This document shows positions 1-9,462 of a stretch of 64,000 bases of DNA, one piece after another. The translations under genes were made by a program, and so were the position numbers. Location: the IMG/VR virus record IMGVR_UViG_3300024988_000006; one strand, 5' to 3'. The notes beneath the pieces are model-generated. The model had not been told where the DNA came from, made no database searches, and saw only the letters and a list, made by a program, of their open reading frames with translations. The stretch comes from a virus. The stretch's first letter is position 1, and every line of letters begins with the position of its first letter.

Positions 1-457
1 TTTCTTTCCAGCCCGGCGGCGGCACAGCATACACCACCGAACGGTTTTCCCACTGATGATGAATTGCAATTGCGTTTATGGGTGCGTATGGGTTTGATAT
101 GGAAGAGAACCCAATTTCGGGGTTATAATCAACCTCAATATCAAGAAATGTGACGTGTAAATTGGGGATTGTTGCGTTGTAGTAGTATTGGGAGAGAATT
201 TTTACTTCTGGTGGAATATCAGATTCATACAGTTTGACTCTTCGTCCTAAAAGCTGCTGTTTAACAGCATACATTTCTCCACCGCTATCGAATTCGAATT
301 TGGCTAGTTTGTTACCAAAAATGCTTTTGTATTCACCAGCCTCGTCTTCCATATAAAAATATGATGGTGCTGGGTATTTGACAACTTTGCGTTGTCCGTC
401 AACTCGTTCCCAAACGGTGACCTCGTCTTTTTGTTTGATTGCAGAAATATAACTCAT
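1..457 (-). CDS. gp43: Family B DNA polymerase, N-terminal part (runs off the window start)
   Basis: Not in the ORF track. Manual translation from ATG at 457 (AAGGA SD): MSYISAIKQKDEVTVWER...LYESDIPP...HVTFLDIEVDYNPEIGFSSISNPYAPINAIAI, with a PolB ExoI motif (FLDIEV). Confidence 0.85.
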   Translation of the reverse strand, partial: MSYISAIKQKDEVTVWERVDGQRKVVKYPAPSYFYMEDEAGEYKSIFGNKLAKFEFDSGGEMYAVKQQLLGRRVKLYESDIPPEVKILSQYYYNATIPNLHVTFLDIEVDYNPEIGFSSISNPYAPINAIAIHHQWENRSVVYAVPPPGWKE

Positions 458-480
458 TTACGTCCTTTATTATTATAATT

Positions 481-519
481 AAAAATAGGCTATACATGTA
501 AGTATAGCCTATCTTTTTT
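481..519. terminator. Intrinsic terminator-like hairpin, A/T tracts on both sides
   Basis: ATAGGCTATAC-ATGTAA-GTATAGCCTAT, perfect 11-bp stem at 485-512. Confidence 0.65.
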
Positions 520-534
520 AATTTGCAACTATTT

Positions 535-1287
535 TTACATCGACGCAACGTGCTGCGGAATGTCTTGTCCAATAAGCTCCTGATGGGCCAAATATCGTTG
601 GTTAAAACGTCTGACGTTATACTTAATGTGTTTGCGTACACCCTCCACGTAGTGGAAAAGGGCAGGGTCTGCTAACAACTTGGCCCCAGCAGGGCCTTGA
701 TTGTACATAGCAATTGCTTCCGCCATGTTTTTGGCTTGCTTTTGATATTTTTTAAAATATAATGTAGCCATTCTAATGGCAAACTCGTCGTTGTACATCA
801 ACTTACCGATAATTTCTTCTTCCGCTACAGCAGATAGTTTGCGGTTGCTAAAATACTCACTAACATATTGAGGATATGTTTTAAGTACATCCATAACAGC
901 AACAATTTTCATTTGTGTAACGCCATAATAACGCTTACCAAACGCCAGTCCTTCAGAAACTCCACCTATCTTATGCCCAAAACGGCCTGCAATGGTTTCT
1001 TGTAATAAAATACCCTGCATTGTTTCAGGAACCCCATACTCAGACCCAACATTGTACGCAATTTTCATAATACGTATTTGGTCTTTAGTGTAGCCTTTAA
1101 CACGTAATTCTGGATACGCTTTGTAGTCTGCCTCAACTTCACGTTCCTCGGCAGCCAACTGAGCTAGTTTTTGTTGCTCTGCAACATATGCGATGTGTTT
1201 GCGATCAATCTCAACATTAACGGCAAATACTAACACGAGAGTGGCAATAAGATTACCGACTATGAATGTTACCATAGCTTTGTTCAT
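535..1287 (-). CDS. SLT-like lytic transglycosylase with N-terminal membrane anchor
   Basis: ILLQET (catalytic Glu), YGVTQM and AIAMYNQGP motifs; hydrophobic residues ~5-24; AAGGAGG SD. Confidence 0.75.
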   Translation of the reverse strand: MNKAMVTFIVGNLIATLVLVFAVNVEIDRKHIAYVAEQQKLAQLAAEEREVEADYKAYPELRVKGYTKDQIRIMKIAYNVGSEYGVPETMQGILLQETIAGRFGHKIGGVSEGLAFGKRYYGVTQMKIVAVMDVLKTYPQYVSEYFSNRKLSAVAEEEIIGKLMYNDEFAIRMATLYFKKYQKQAKNMAEAIAMYNQGPAGAKLLADPALFHYVEGVRKHIKYNVRRFNQRYLAHQELIGQDIPQHVASM

Positions 1288-1313
1288 AACGTCCTCCTTG
1301 TTTCGTAAACAAT

Positions 1314-1337
1314 GAGAGAGTGATATTTCACTCTCTC
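1314..1337. terminator. Perfect 10-bp hairpin between the dsbA-like and SLT genes
   Basis: GAGAGAGTGA-TATT-TCACTCTCTC; U-tract is weak in the sense (minus) direction. Confidence 0.45.
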
Positions 1338-1365
1338 CCTTTTACTGCGGTACTACTGTACTACT

Positions 1366-1668
1366 TTATTCATCATCAGCTGGTGAACTTTTTGATACGA
1401 TTTCCTCATAAAGAGTTTCAAATTCAGAATGCTCTGCTTTAATTTCATCGTAATTGTGATTATACATAGCCTTCGCTAATTTGGTCGCATACTTGGGAGC
1501 AATTGTAAATTCTTCCTTGATGCTTTTTGCAATTTCTTTGATGCTTTCCTTCTCATCATCTTGACGACGCATTGCGTGTGTCATTTCTTCAAGCATGATG
1601 CGAAGTCTCTGTTTGTCTGCAGGATTGCTCGGAAGCGTATATTCAGGAAGTTCTTGTTTAACAGCCAT
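1366..1668 (-). CDS. dsbA: T4 DsbA/GapR-like dsDNA-binding protein
   Basis: 100 aa, helical; IKEIAKSIKEEF...KLAKAMYNHNYDE...FETLYEEIV mirrors T4 DsbA. Confidence 0.65.
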   Translation of the reverse strand: MAVKQELPEYTLPSNPADKQRLRIMLEEMTHAMRRQDDEKESIKEIAKSIKEEFTIAPKYATKLAKAMYNHNYDEIKAEHSEFETLYEEIVSKSSPADDE

Positions 1669-1705
1669 TTTTATTCTCCTATGAAAAAATATTTAATATG
1701 AGGCT

Positions 1706-1734
1706 ATTATATAAGAGAATATAAGAAATGACAA
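1706..1734 (-). promoter_or_regulatory. Sigma70-type (early) promoter
   Basis: TTGTCA-17 nt-TATAAT upstream of the dsbA-like gene. Confidence 0.7.
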
Positions 1735-1741
1735 CAGTGTA

Positions 1742-4171
1742 TTATGCTGGTGCGTACTTACCACCATTAGCTTCGTAAACTTCCTTCATAGATTCGAGAC
1801 ACATATAACCCTGTCCACCATAACGGCCGGGCGGGAATGATGCCCACTCCCAGCTACACTTGTTGATGGCACTCTCGAGTCTACCATTAAGCACATCATC
1901 CAGTGCGTTGCGTCGCTGAATTAAGTATACAGCTGCCTTATCCTGTAATACAGGATCAAACGATGTTAGAGCTGGATATTTTGCCTGTAGTTCGTTCCAT
2001 GTGCCCAACAGGAATTGATATGCACCAGCTGCTGTGGACTTGATTCCGTTACCTGTGTGTGCTACACCTGGGTGTGAAGCAAAACTATCAAACAATCCAT
2101 TGCCAAAATATTTACGATAGCCGTTAGCGGTCGCAGTGCCTTCAGCCACTCTGATCATCTTCAAGAACGCTTTTACATTATCACTGTTTGTGCCACCGTC
2201 AGTACCAGTTGCTACGATAAGAGTGGTTGCTGTACGACACTTACCTGGTGAACCTTTTTTAACCGTGTTACTTGCAGCTGTTTCACCAGTGCTCCGCTTG
2301 CCGCCGTCACCAGTTGTTGTACCTGATTTGTCATTTTCTGTTGTTGAATCTACAGCCAACGAATCACTTGTAGGTAGTTGCCCCAACGACATTTCTTGTG
2401 TGAATAATCCCTTCTCAAATTTATGTGCAATATCATAAATTTGAAATAGTCCATCAAACCAAAAGGGAGATTTGAAGGTTTGATCAGCTGTTTTTAATGA
2501 TATCGGATCGGGTTGGCCTGTTGTGGGATCGACATATGGCATATACACATTAATTTTGACGATCGCTGGCAAGTCAATCAGGTTGGATGAATTTGTGGTG
2601 TCCGAGTCGGGCGCTATTACACCACCCAAAAATATTGGGTTTCCTAAGATTTCCAAACGCGCATCAAATACCTGAAACTGTGTATATCTATTAAGCGTTT
2701 TACGAAACAGCTCATATGAGCTTGGATCGGCAGCATTTGATGATGAGCTGGGTGTAGAAGGCACACTTGGAGGAGTACATGTTCCATTTCCAGGTGGGGT
2801 TTGAGCAACAATATTTGTATCAGGATCGGGTTTAGTGGCTTGCTTATCTTGAGAAGTTGGTTTAGCTTCAATCGTGTCCGTACTAAATGCGCCAAAAGCC
2901 CAATCCATCTTCATTTCAAATGATGTAATGTCAGTGTTCTTGCCTGAAAATATGTAGTCGTATTGGAATAGAGCGTTGTTTTTAATTAGTGTATCGGTTA
3001 ATTGAGTAATATGTGCTGCCCGAACCTTATCATATTGTTCGTTGTCAACATTCGGACAATCCTTTTTGGACTTTGGTGGAACCGTGTAATATGTTTTTGG
3101 TTTTACTTTATATGTTATATAACGTCTATCATCGCGCACATCCACCAAAGATGTTATTTGAGGCATCGAAACCTTACCTGATGTATCAGGCTTCATCTGC
3201 TTAACCACATCTTTGGATAGTTTTAGCAGATTTTCGAGCATCGTTGGGATAGAACTCTCTTGTTCCGATGCCAACATAATGCCATTACCATCCTTATTGG
3301 CAACGTTCAAATTGTCTAAACTCATTTTTGCGTAGGTATCATCAATCTCGATTGCATATACATCCGCTTTACGGGGTGTGCCATCCGGATTTTGTTTATT
3401 GATTTTGTCAACCGTATCTTTTAAGTTCTTGTTGATTTTGTCCGTCATCGCCTTTGCAGCGTCCCCAATTGTCGGGGTTGTTTTTACTGTTATGCCACCA
3501 ACGGTTGCCAAATATGGATGATTAGCCAAACCATTTGTGTTTGGTATAAAATCTACATTGTAAGTTGCCCCAGAATAGCTAAAATTTGCTGAAATGTTGC
3601 TGATTGTAATCGGAAATGGCGCCACATTACCGAACTGTTCTATGGTTCCTTCAGCAGTTGTTCCAACAAAAAACGTCTTTACAAAATACGTCAACATCAT
3701 AACCTGCGTACCCAACTGCTCACCCGCATTTGATAAGGTTTCCAAAAAATTTGCACTATATGGCTCTTCAACAATAAAAGACCCGTCAGTGTGAACAGCT
3801 GTACCAGGAATATTCATGGTATCTTGCACACCTTCATTAGGAATTATGAGATTGTGAAGAATATACGAATCAATAGAATACTGCGTATCCGTCATACCAT
3901 TGATCAATACAATGTACGGAATACCAGTTTTTGAGTATTGAGGGGTGAAACGTTTGCCAGTATCCTTTAAGTCAGGATGATTATAAAAATCGACACCAAC
4001 CTCACTCTGAAGGTCGGTTTGAAGAGTGGCCGTATTGGTTACAATCAAAACGTGATGATACGAGAACGTTCTGTAACGTTTCAGCGGATTACACCTCGTG
4101 AGGTCAACTTTACCAGTAATGGGGTCTACTTCACACCAGCGCGAATAATCTACAGGTTTTGCAGTTGCCAT
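1742..4171 (-). CDS. Baseplate hub protein with C-terminal lambda-R-like muramidase domain
   Basis: Hub-like body (LEILGNP...WFDGLFQIYDIAHKFEKGLFTQEM); C-terminal AFLKMIRVAEGT...STAAGAYQFL...QDKAAVYLI...WASFP matches lambda R; lies next to wedge genes. Confidence 0.75.
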   Translation of the reverse strand: MATAKPVDYSRWCEVDPITGKVDLTRCNPLKRYRTFSYHHVLIVTNTATLQTDLQSEVGVDFYNHPDLKDTGKRFTPQYSKTGIPYIVLINGMTDTQYSIDSYILHNLIIPNEGVQDTMNIPGTAVHTDGSFIVEEPYSANFLETLSNAGEQLGTQVMMLTYFVKTFFVGTTAEGTIEQFGNVAPFPITISNISANFSYSGATYNVDFIPNTNGLANHPYLATVGGITVKTTPTIGDAAKAMTDKINKNLKDTVDKINKQNPDGTPRKADVYAIEIDDTYAKMSLDNLNVANKDGNGIMLASEQESSIPTMLENLLKLSKDVVKQMKPDTSGKVSMPQITSLVDVRDDRRYITYKVKPKTYYTVPPKSKKDCPNVDNEQYDKVRAAHITQLTDTLIKNNALFQYDYIFSGKNTDITSFEMKMDWAFGAFSTDTIEAKPTSQDKQATKPDPDTNIVAQTPPGNGTCTPPSVPSTPSSSSNAADPSSYELFRKTLNRYTQFQVFDARLEILGNPIFLGGVIAPDSDTTNSSNLIDLPAIVKINVYMPYVDPTTGQPDPISLKTADQTFKSPFWFDGLFQIYDIAHKFEKGLFTQEMSLGQLPTSDSLAVDSTTENDKSGTTTGDGGKRSTGETAASNTVKKGSPGKCRTATTLIVATGTDGGTNSDNVKAFLKMIRVAEGTATANGYRKYFGNGLFDSFASHPGVAHTGNGIKSTAAGAYQFLLGTWNELQAKYPALTSFDPVLQDKAAVYLIQRRNALDDVLNGRLESAINKCSWEWASFPPGRYGGQGYMCLESMKEVYEANGGKYAPA

Positions 4172-4173
4172 TA

Positions 4174-4485
4174 TTAAGAAAACTCAAACAAAACACGTTC
4201 AGGTGAAGGAATTACGTATGTTTTACCTTCAATAAATTCGGTGTTTATATCAATTATGTTATTATATTGTAAGATTAACCACATGTATCTCGTAGTACCG
4301 TACGCTTTATACGATAACAAATCAGGTCGAAGCGCAAAGTCGGGCGTAATAGTGACAGTAATATCGTCACGACGATGTTCGATAATGCTACGCTCCCACC
4401 AACCCAACCGTCCAGACGGGAGAATGGTTGTATATCCCCCGCTCACGTATCGAGTTGTTGAAATATCTGTCGACTTCTTAGCCAT
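4174..4485 (-). CDS. gp53: Baseplate wedge protein, gp53/LysM-like
   Basis: RPDLLSYKAYGTTRYMWLILQYNNIID...GKTYVIP pattern. Confidence 0.7.
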   Translation of the reverse strand: MAKKSTDISTTRYVSGGYTTILPSGRLGWWERSIIEHRRDDITVTITPDFALRPDLLSYKAYGTTRYMWLILQYNNIIDINTEFIEGKTYVIPSPERVLFEFS

Positions 4486-4494
4486 TTCTGTCCT

Positions 4495-5172
4495 TTAAAA
4501 CGAATCTAATATACCAGCTTGGTATTTAGCTAGGTTGAAGTTTGAGTATTCATACGGCGAATGGGTTTCAGCTAACTGAATATCCAACGTCATAATTGCC
4601 GGAAACGGTACACCCCCCAAAGGATCATTTTGGTCTCTCGGTTCTGTAGGTATGTAATCCGTATCACTCACGTACGGTATAGACATAGAGAGAACTACTA
4701 CTGGCACGCGATTAATATTGCCTTTGAAATTGCCACCATCAGCAGTGCTTGAGCTTGAGTAAGCTGAAAACAATAGTATTTCAGGTGGAGCACCCAAACG
4801 TTTTGTTGGTGTTTGTTGTGCGACTTGAAACGGATCATATTTACCAGCTTCGGCCGTAGAACCAAAATATGGTTCCATCCAACCACGCAGTGTATTTAAC
4901 TTTTGTATATTGTCTCGAGCTTCTTTGGCTGTTCTTGACACCAACTTAACGTTCGATAAGCTATATTGACGAGATTGTGTATTCACATACATGTAAAATT
5001 GACCAGGGGCATGTACAGGTGATACATGAGTGTAGTTGACGGTGCGTGATTCGTTGATGTCGGGAGTAACATCAAACACAACTACTTTCTTTTTTGCGTT
5101 TACAATGCTAGCATCCGCCCTGTCAGCAGCTGAAATCAACTTAACCTTATAATCATCTGTTTTTGGTTGCAT
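4495..5172 (-). CDS. Baseplate tube-initiator/cap protein (gp48/CIS-tube-like)
   Basis: TPDINESRTVNY...YMYVNTQSRQYSL; PPEILLFSAY; position next to gp53. Confidence 0.5.
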   Translation of the reverse strand: MQPKTDDYKVKLISAADRADASIVNAKKKVVVFDVTPDINESRTVNYTHVSPVHAPGQFYMYVNTQSRQYSLSNVKLVSRTAKEARDNIQKLNTLRGWMEPYFGSTAEAGKYDPFQVAQQTPTKRLGAPPEILLFSAYSSSSTADGGNFKGNINRVPVVVLSMSIPYVSDTDYIPTEPRDQNDPLGGVPFPAIMTLDIQLAETHSPYEYSNFNLAKYQAGILDSF

Positions 5173-5796
5173 TTATAATCCCATCGCACTTTTAACTTCA
5201 TTAAACAATTCGTCAGCGTCTTTTGTTGATAAACCAGTCAGTTGTTTAAACAACTGATGGTTGTTATTAAGGATCGCCTCTCTCATTTTGGATGAGCTTG
5301 CACCCAACACACCACCTAATGCTTCATCTCGTAGTATTGGATTTGCAATATATTTTTCTTGTTGTGAAACATTTTCACCAAATATACGTCCAATATCTTT
5401 CCGGTATGACCGATCACTACCCGTAACTTCCCCAACGGGCAACATCTGTCGTTCTAGCAAGGAAACAAGAGCAACATAAGCATTTGTTGCTAATTCAAAT
5501 CGAATACCAGGAAACATTTTCTGCAAATAATGAATACGACGTTCGCCATCTAATGGGCTAGATTGGGTTCGTTTGCCTGTATCGACAACAAAGACAATAG
5601 GTTGGGCATTTAATTTGCTTGCTAGCATATTTAATTGATCCACTATTTGATGATGTCCAACATGAGGTGGATTAAACTTACCAATAGCAAATACAACAGG
5701 CGCAAATCCCGCTTGATAATATTGATCAATTGACCATGTTTTCATTTCAGGATCAATATTTTCCTGTTCTGCAAGGAAAGTTTTAAAACTAAACAT
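5173..5796 (-). CDS. HxGH-family nucleotidyltransferase (cytidylyltransferase/NMNAT-like fold)
   Basis: GKFNPPHVGH, GSDR and SSSKMR motifs. Start revised to MFSFKTFLAE at 5796 (AGGAG SD). Confidence 0.75.
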   Translation of the reverse strand: MFSFKTFLAEQENIDPEMKTWSIDQYYQAGFAPVVFAIGKFNPPHVGHHQIVDQLNMLASKLNAQPIVFVVDTGKRTQSSPLDGERRIHYLQKMFPGIRFELATNAYVALVSLLERQMLPVGEVTGSDRSYRKDIGRIFGENVSQQEKYIANPILRDEALGGVLGASSSKMREAILNNNHQLFKQLTGLSTKDADELFNEVKSAMGL

Positions 5797-5816
5797 TGTA
5801 ATTCTCCTATTGTATC

Positions 5817-5824
5817 TATTTATA
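5817..5824 (-). promoter_or_regulatory. T4-type late promoter TATAAATA
   Basis: Exact consensus upstream of the minus-strand nucleotidyltransferase/baseplate operon. Confidence 0.7.
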
Positions 5825-5828
5825 AGTG

Positions 5829-5856
5829 TTGACTTGTTGTAAAAACACCGTATAAT
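5829..5856 (+). promoter_or_regulatory. Sigma70-type promoter for gp55
   Basis: TTGACT-16 nt-TATAAT. Confidence 0.7.
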
Positions 5857-5892
5857 TATTAGATATAACAAAAATAATAAAGGAAGTATGTT

Positions 5893-6435
5893 ATGGCCAA
5901 ATCAACAAAAAAGGAAGTTGAAGTAGAAGTACCAATAGTACCTAAAAAGAAAAATTATCTCAACAACAAAGATATGATGATTGAGGTAATCAAAAGCAAA
6001 GAGCAGAAGCAAATGAACGACAAGTTAGCATTAATGCTAACAATGTTGTGTAAAAGGTACGCAAAAAAGGGCAACTTTGCAAATTATTCGTACAATGATG
6101 ATATGCAAGGTTACGCCATGTTAATGTTGGTTAAAACATGGAATTCGTTTGATCCCCAAAAGAGTAATAACCCATTCGCATTCTTTACACAATGCATCAA
6201 AAACTCCTTCATCCAATATCTCAATCACGAAAAGCGACAAAGTAGCGTAAAAAACAAAACCCTTATTGCTGCTGGCATGAACCCTTCTCATAGTTATATG
6301 ACCGAATACGAAAATGCTCAAAGTGAACAGCGCGATCACAATATGGGTGGACACAACACCTTCGATCACCTAACCAACACTGATACGGACCCTGATGTTG
6401 AAGTTGACAAAGAGAATGAAATGATAGATATTTAA
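5893..6435 (+). CDS. gp55: Late-transcription sigma factor
   Basis: NYLNNK...KGNFANYSYNDDM...FDPQKSNNPFAFFTQCIKNSFIQYLNHEKRQ, the T4 gp55 signature. Confidence 0.9.
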   Translation: MAKSTKKEVEVEVPIVPKKKNYLNNKDMMIEVIKSKEQKQMNDKLALMLTMLCKRYAKKGNFANYSYNDDMQGYAMLMLVKTWNSFDPQKSNNPFAFFTQCIKNSFIQYLNHEKRQSSVKNKTLIAAGMNPSHSYMTEYENAQSEQRDHNMGGHNTFDHLTNTDTDPDVEVDKENEMIDI

Positions 6436-6481
6436 TTAAATAAAGTAGTAAAAATAAGAATAATAATAAAGAGGTTTCATT

Positions 6482-7549
6482 TTGAATACAGTCAAGAAGC
6501 TGCGTAAAGCAGCGTGTTTTACAGACATACACTTCGGAAAAAAATCAAATTCAGACCAACACAATCAAGATTGCTTGAACTTTGTCACGTGGTTTTGTGA
6601 GCAAGTACGAGCAGATAAAACTATTGACCACATTGTGTTTTTGGGTGATTGGCACGAAAACCGTAGTTCCTTAAACATCTCCACACTCAAATATTCGCAT
6701 GTGGCTGGAAAGATGTTAAATGATCTTGGCCTCCCCGTATTTTTTATCATCGGCAATCACGATTTATATCATCGGCATTCGCGTGAAATCCATTCATTGG
6801 TACATTTTTCAGAGTTTGAAAATTTCGTACTGATTGATGAGCCCGTAGTTCGCACGGACATAGGCAACGGGGTTTTGTTTAGCCCATTTCTATTTCATCA
6901 AGAGTATCCGAGGTTGGCAGAATTCTTGAAGATTCCTGTTTGGATGGGACACTTTGAATTCAGAGGATTTGTGGTTTCGGGTTACAACATCACAATGCCA
7001 ACTGGTCCCGATCCTAACGATTTCAAGGGCCCAAAACACATCGTTTCGGGACATTTTCACAAACGCCAAGCGTTTGAAAATGTTGTATACATCGGTAATA
7101 CATTCCCAATGGATTTTTCGGACGCAAGCGATAATGAGCGTGGGATGATGGTGTATGATCACAACGAAGATATCATGGAATTTATCAACTGGGCCGATTG
7201 CCCAAAATATACCCGCACACATCTATCCTCTATTCTTGATAACAAGGTTGTTATATATCCACAATCACGCGTTAAGTGTATCGCTGATGTTAATATCAAT
7301 TACGAAGAAAGCAATATTCTTCGTCAAGATTTCGTCGACAAATACCAACTACGGGAGTTTGTCATGGAAGAATCGATTGAAATTAAAAACGCATTATCAG
7401 GTACCACAACTCAAGTGGATGTTGATAGTGCCGAATTGGCCAACATTGATGATGTGATGATTCAAATGTTACAAGAAATCGATTCGGATCACATTGATAA
7501 CGAAATGTTGATCAATATCTACACCAATCTAAAAGTTGTAAGCGCATAA
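6482..7549 (+). CDS. gp47: Mre11/SbcD-like recombination nuclease subunit
   Basis: FTDIHFG, FLGDWH, IGNHD and SGHFH phosphoesterase motifs. Confidence 0.9.
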   Translation: MNTVKKLRKAACFTDIHFGKKSNSDQHNQDCLNFVTWFCEQVRADKTIDHIVFLGDWHENRSSLNISTLKYSHVAGKMLNDLGLPVFFIIGNHDLYHRHSREIHSLVHFSEFENFVLIDEPVVRTDIGNGVLFSPFLFHQEYPRLAEFLKIPVWMGHFEFRGFVVSGYNITMPTGPDPNDFKGPKHIVSGHFHKRQAFENVVYIGNTFPMDFSDASDNERGMMVYDHNEDIMEFINWADCPKYTRTHLSSILDNKVVIYPQSRVKCIADVNINYEESNILRQDFVDKYQLREFVMEESIEIKNALSGTTTQVDVDSAELANIDDVMIQMLQEIDSDHIDNEMLINIYTNLKVVSA

Positions 7550-7562
7550 GGAACAATAAAGA

Positions 7563-9359
7563 ATGTTGAAATTTTTGTATCTCTCAATCAGAAACTTCAT
7601 GAGTTATGGCAATAATATAACTCTTGTTAATCTGCATAACCCCGGAACGACACTAATTGTTGGCGAGGATCTTGACAATACCACCAATGGGCAGGGTGGT
7701 AATGGTGTAGGGAAGACAACAATCATGAATGCACTAACGTTTTGTGTGTACGATAAACCCATTTCCAAAGTTAAAGTTGATGAGCTCATTAACAACGTAA
7801 ACAAGAAAAATATGGAGGTATCTGTTATCTTCCAAAAGGGTGATTGGTACTATAAGATCATTCGAGCTCGTAAAATGAAGGCAGGTGCCGCTGGCAACTA
7901 TGTTAAATTATACGAAAAATTTGGTTCGGATGAATTTACGGATGAAGATGAGAAAACCTTAGATAGTATTGCTAATACAGATAGGCGCATTGAAGACATT
8001 ATGGGCATGTCATACGACATGTTTGTAAGAATTGTTGTCATTTCAGCTAATCATGTACCATTTTTGGACCTTCCTGTTAGTCACCCAACACAACCAAACC
8101 AAACTGACTTCATCGAACGTTTGTTTGAGTTGACCCTATTGTCCGAGAAGGCTTGCTCCCTGAAGGATGCCATTAAGTCCACGGAAGAAACCCTTAAAAT
8201 ACAAAAAATTAAAACCGAACAATTGGATAAAGAACACACCCGTCTCAAAGAACAAATTAAATCAGCCAGGCTACGTGTTATCAATTGGGAACGCACCAAT
8301 GAAGATACTATTGAAAACCTTGAACGCAAGCTGGAAAAAATTGCTAATGTCAACTTCGAAAATGAGCGTCAGTTACACGAAGAGTTGAAGGTTGTTGAGG
8401 CAGATCTCAACGCCATTTTATCAAAACAGAAAGATTTGATAAAGGCAGTTAAAAAATATAACCAAGTTCAGGAGAAAATGAGCAACGATCTTGTTCATTT
8501 GAAAGATGATAAGTGCCCATACTGTTTACAACAATTCCAAAATGCTAAGGATAAGATTGAGGAATGTCAAAAAGCTCTGGATGATGCTCATGAAAAATTA
8601 AACAACACGAATGAAATGTTAAAAGAGGTTGATGATGCCGCTGTGGATATGGTAGAAGCTAAGTTGCAACTATCGCGTCGGATTACGGTTCAGAATCTAG
8701 AAGAATTGATCGAAATTAAAAACCAAAGTCAAGTAATTCGCGACAAAATAGAGGATTTGAGAAATGCAGTTAACCCATTCTTAGAGCCTCTGGACGAGCT
8801 TGAAAACATTACCATTGAAGCAGTAGATTACAGCGAAATCAACAGATTGAAAAAGTTAATTGATCATCAACAATTTTTAGTCAAACTGTTGACCAAGAAG
8901 GATAGTTTTGTTAGAAAGGCGTTTTTGAATAAGAACATTCCATTCTTAAATGCTCGACTTCAGTTGTATCTATTCCAATTGGGTTTGACACATAAAGTTG
9001 AATTTACACACGAGATGACAGCAGAAATTAGCCAGTTCAGCCGACCAATGAGTTTTGGTAACTTGTCCAATGGCCAACGAGCTCGTGTCAATTTAGCTCT
9101 GTCGATGGCATTTCGAGATGTCTTACAAAAAATTCACACGCCAATTAACATTTGTTTATTGGATGAGGTTCTGGATGTTGGTTTGGATACTGTTGGTGTC
9201 CAATCAGCAGCAAGGATGCTTAAACGCAAATCACGCGACGAATCATTGAGTATGTACATTATTTCACACCGCGATGAAGTCGATTCCACATTTGACAGAA
9301 CAATGACGGTACAACTGAGCAAGGGATTTTCCTATATCAAAGAAGAAGCTAATGAATGA
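7563..9359 (+). CDS. gp46: Rad50/SbcC-like ATPase subunit
   Basis: Walker A GNGVGKTT, coiled coil with CPYC hook, LSNGQ signature, LLDEVLD Walker B. Confidence 0.92.
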   Translation: MLKFLYLSIRNFMSYGNNITLVNLHNPGTTLIVGEDLDNTTNGQGGNGVGKTTIMNALTFCVYDKPISKVKVDELINNVNKKNMEVSVIFQKGDWYYKIIRARKMKAGAAGNYVKLYEKFGSDEFTDEDEKTLDSIANTDRRIEDIMGMSYDMFVRIVVISANHVPFLDLPVSHPTQPNQTDFIERLFELTLLSEKACSLKDAIKSTEETLKIQKIKTEQLDKEHTRLKEQIKSARLRVINWERTNEDTIENLERKLEKIANVNFENERQLHEELKVVEADLNAILSKQKDLIKAVKKYNQVQEKMSNDLVHLKDDKCPYCLQQFQNAKDKIEECQKALDDAHEKLNNTNEMLKEVDDAAVDMVEAKLQLSRRITVQNLEELIEIKNQSQVIRDKIEDLRNAVNPFLEPLDELENITIEAVDYSEINRLKKLIDHQQFLVKLLTKKDSFVRKAFLNKNIPFLNARLQLYLFQLGLTHKVEFTHEMTAEISQFSRPMSFGNLSNGQRARVNLALSMAFRDVLQKIHTPINICLLDEVLDVGLDTVGVQSAARMLKRKSRDESLSMYIISHRDEVDSTFDRTMTVQLSKGFSYIKEEANE

Positions 9360-9450
9360 GTTAGATGATCCAGCCTTAATATTGTATTTGGGCATTTCCT
9401 TTGTGGGTATTCTTTCATATATCATCTATTTAATAATTAAAAATAGGTAA
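9352..9450 (+). CDS. Small 32-aa single-pass membrane protein (below ORF-track cutoff)
   Basis: MNELDDPALILYLGISFVGILSYIIYLIIKNR*; overlaps the gp46 stop by 8 nt and fills the gap. Confidence 0.5.
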   Translation: MNELDDPALILYLGISFVGILSYIIYLIIKNR

Positions 9451-9462
9451 ACACGCAGTACC

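Noticed and set aside
399-641. 80-aa minus-strand ORF in the track
   Set aside because: Overlaps both the SLT gene end and the real PolB start at 457 and spans a terminator; no SD or motif.
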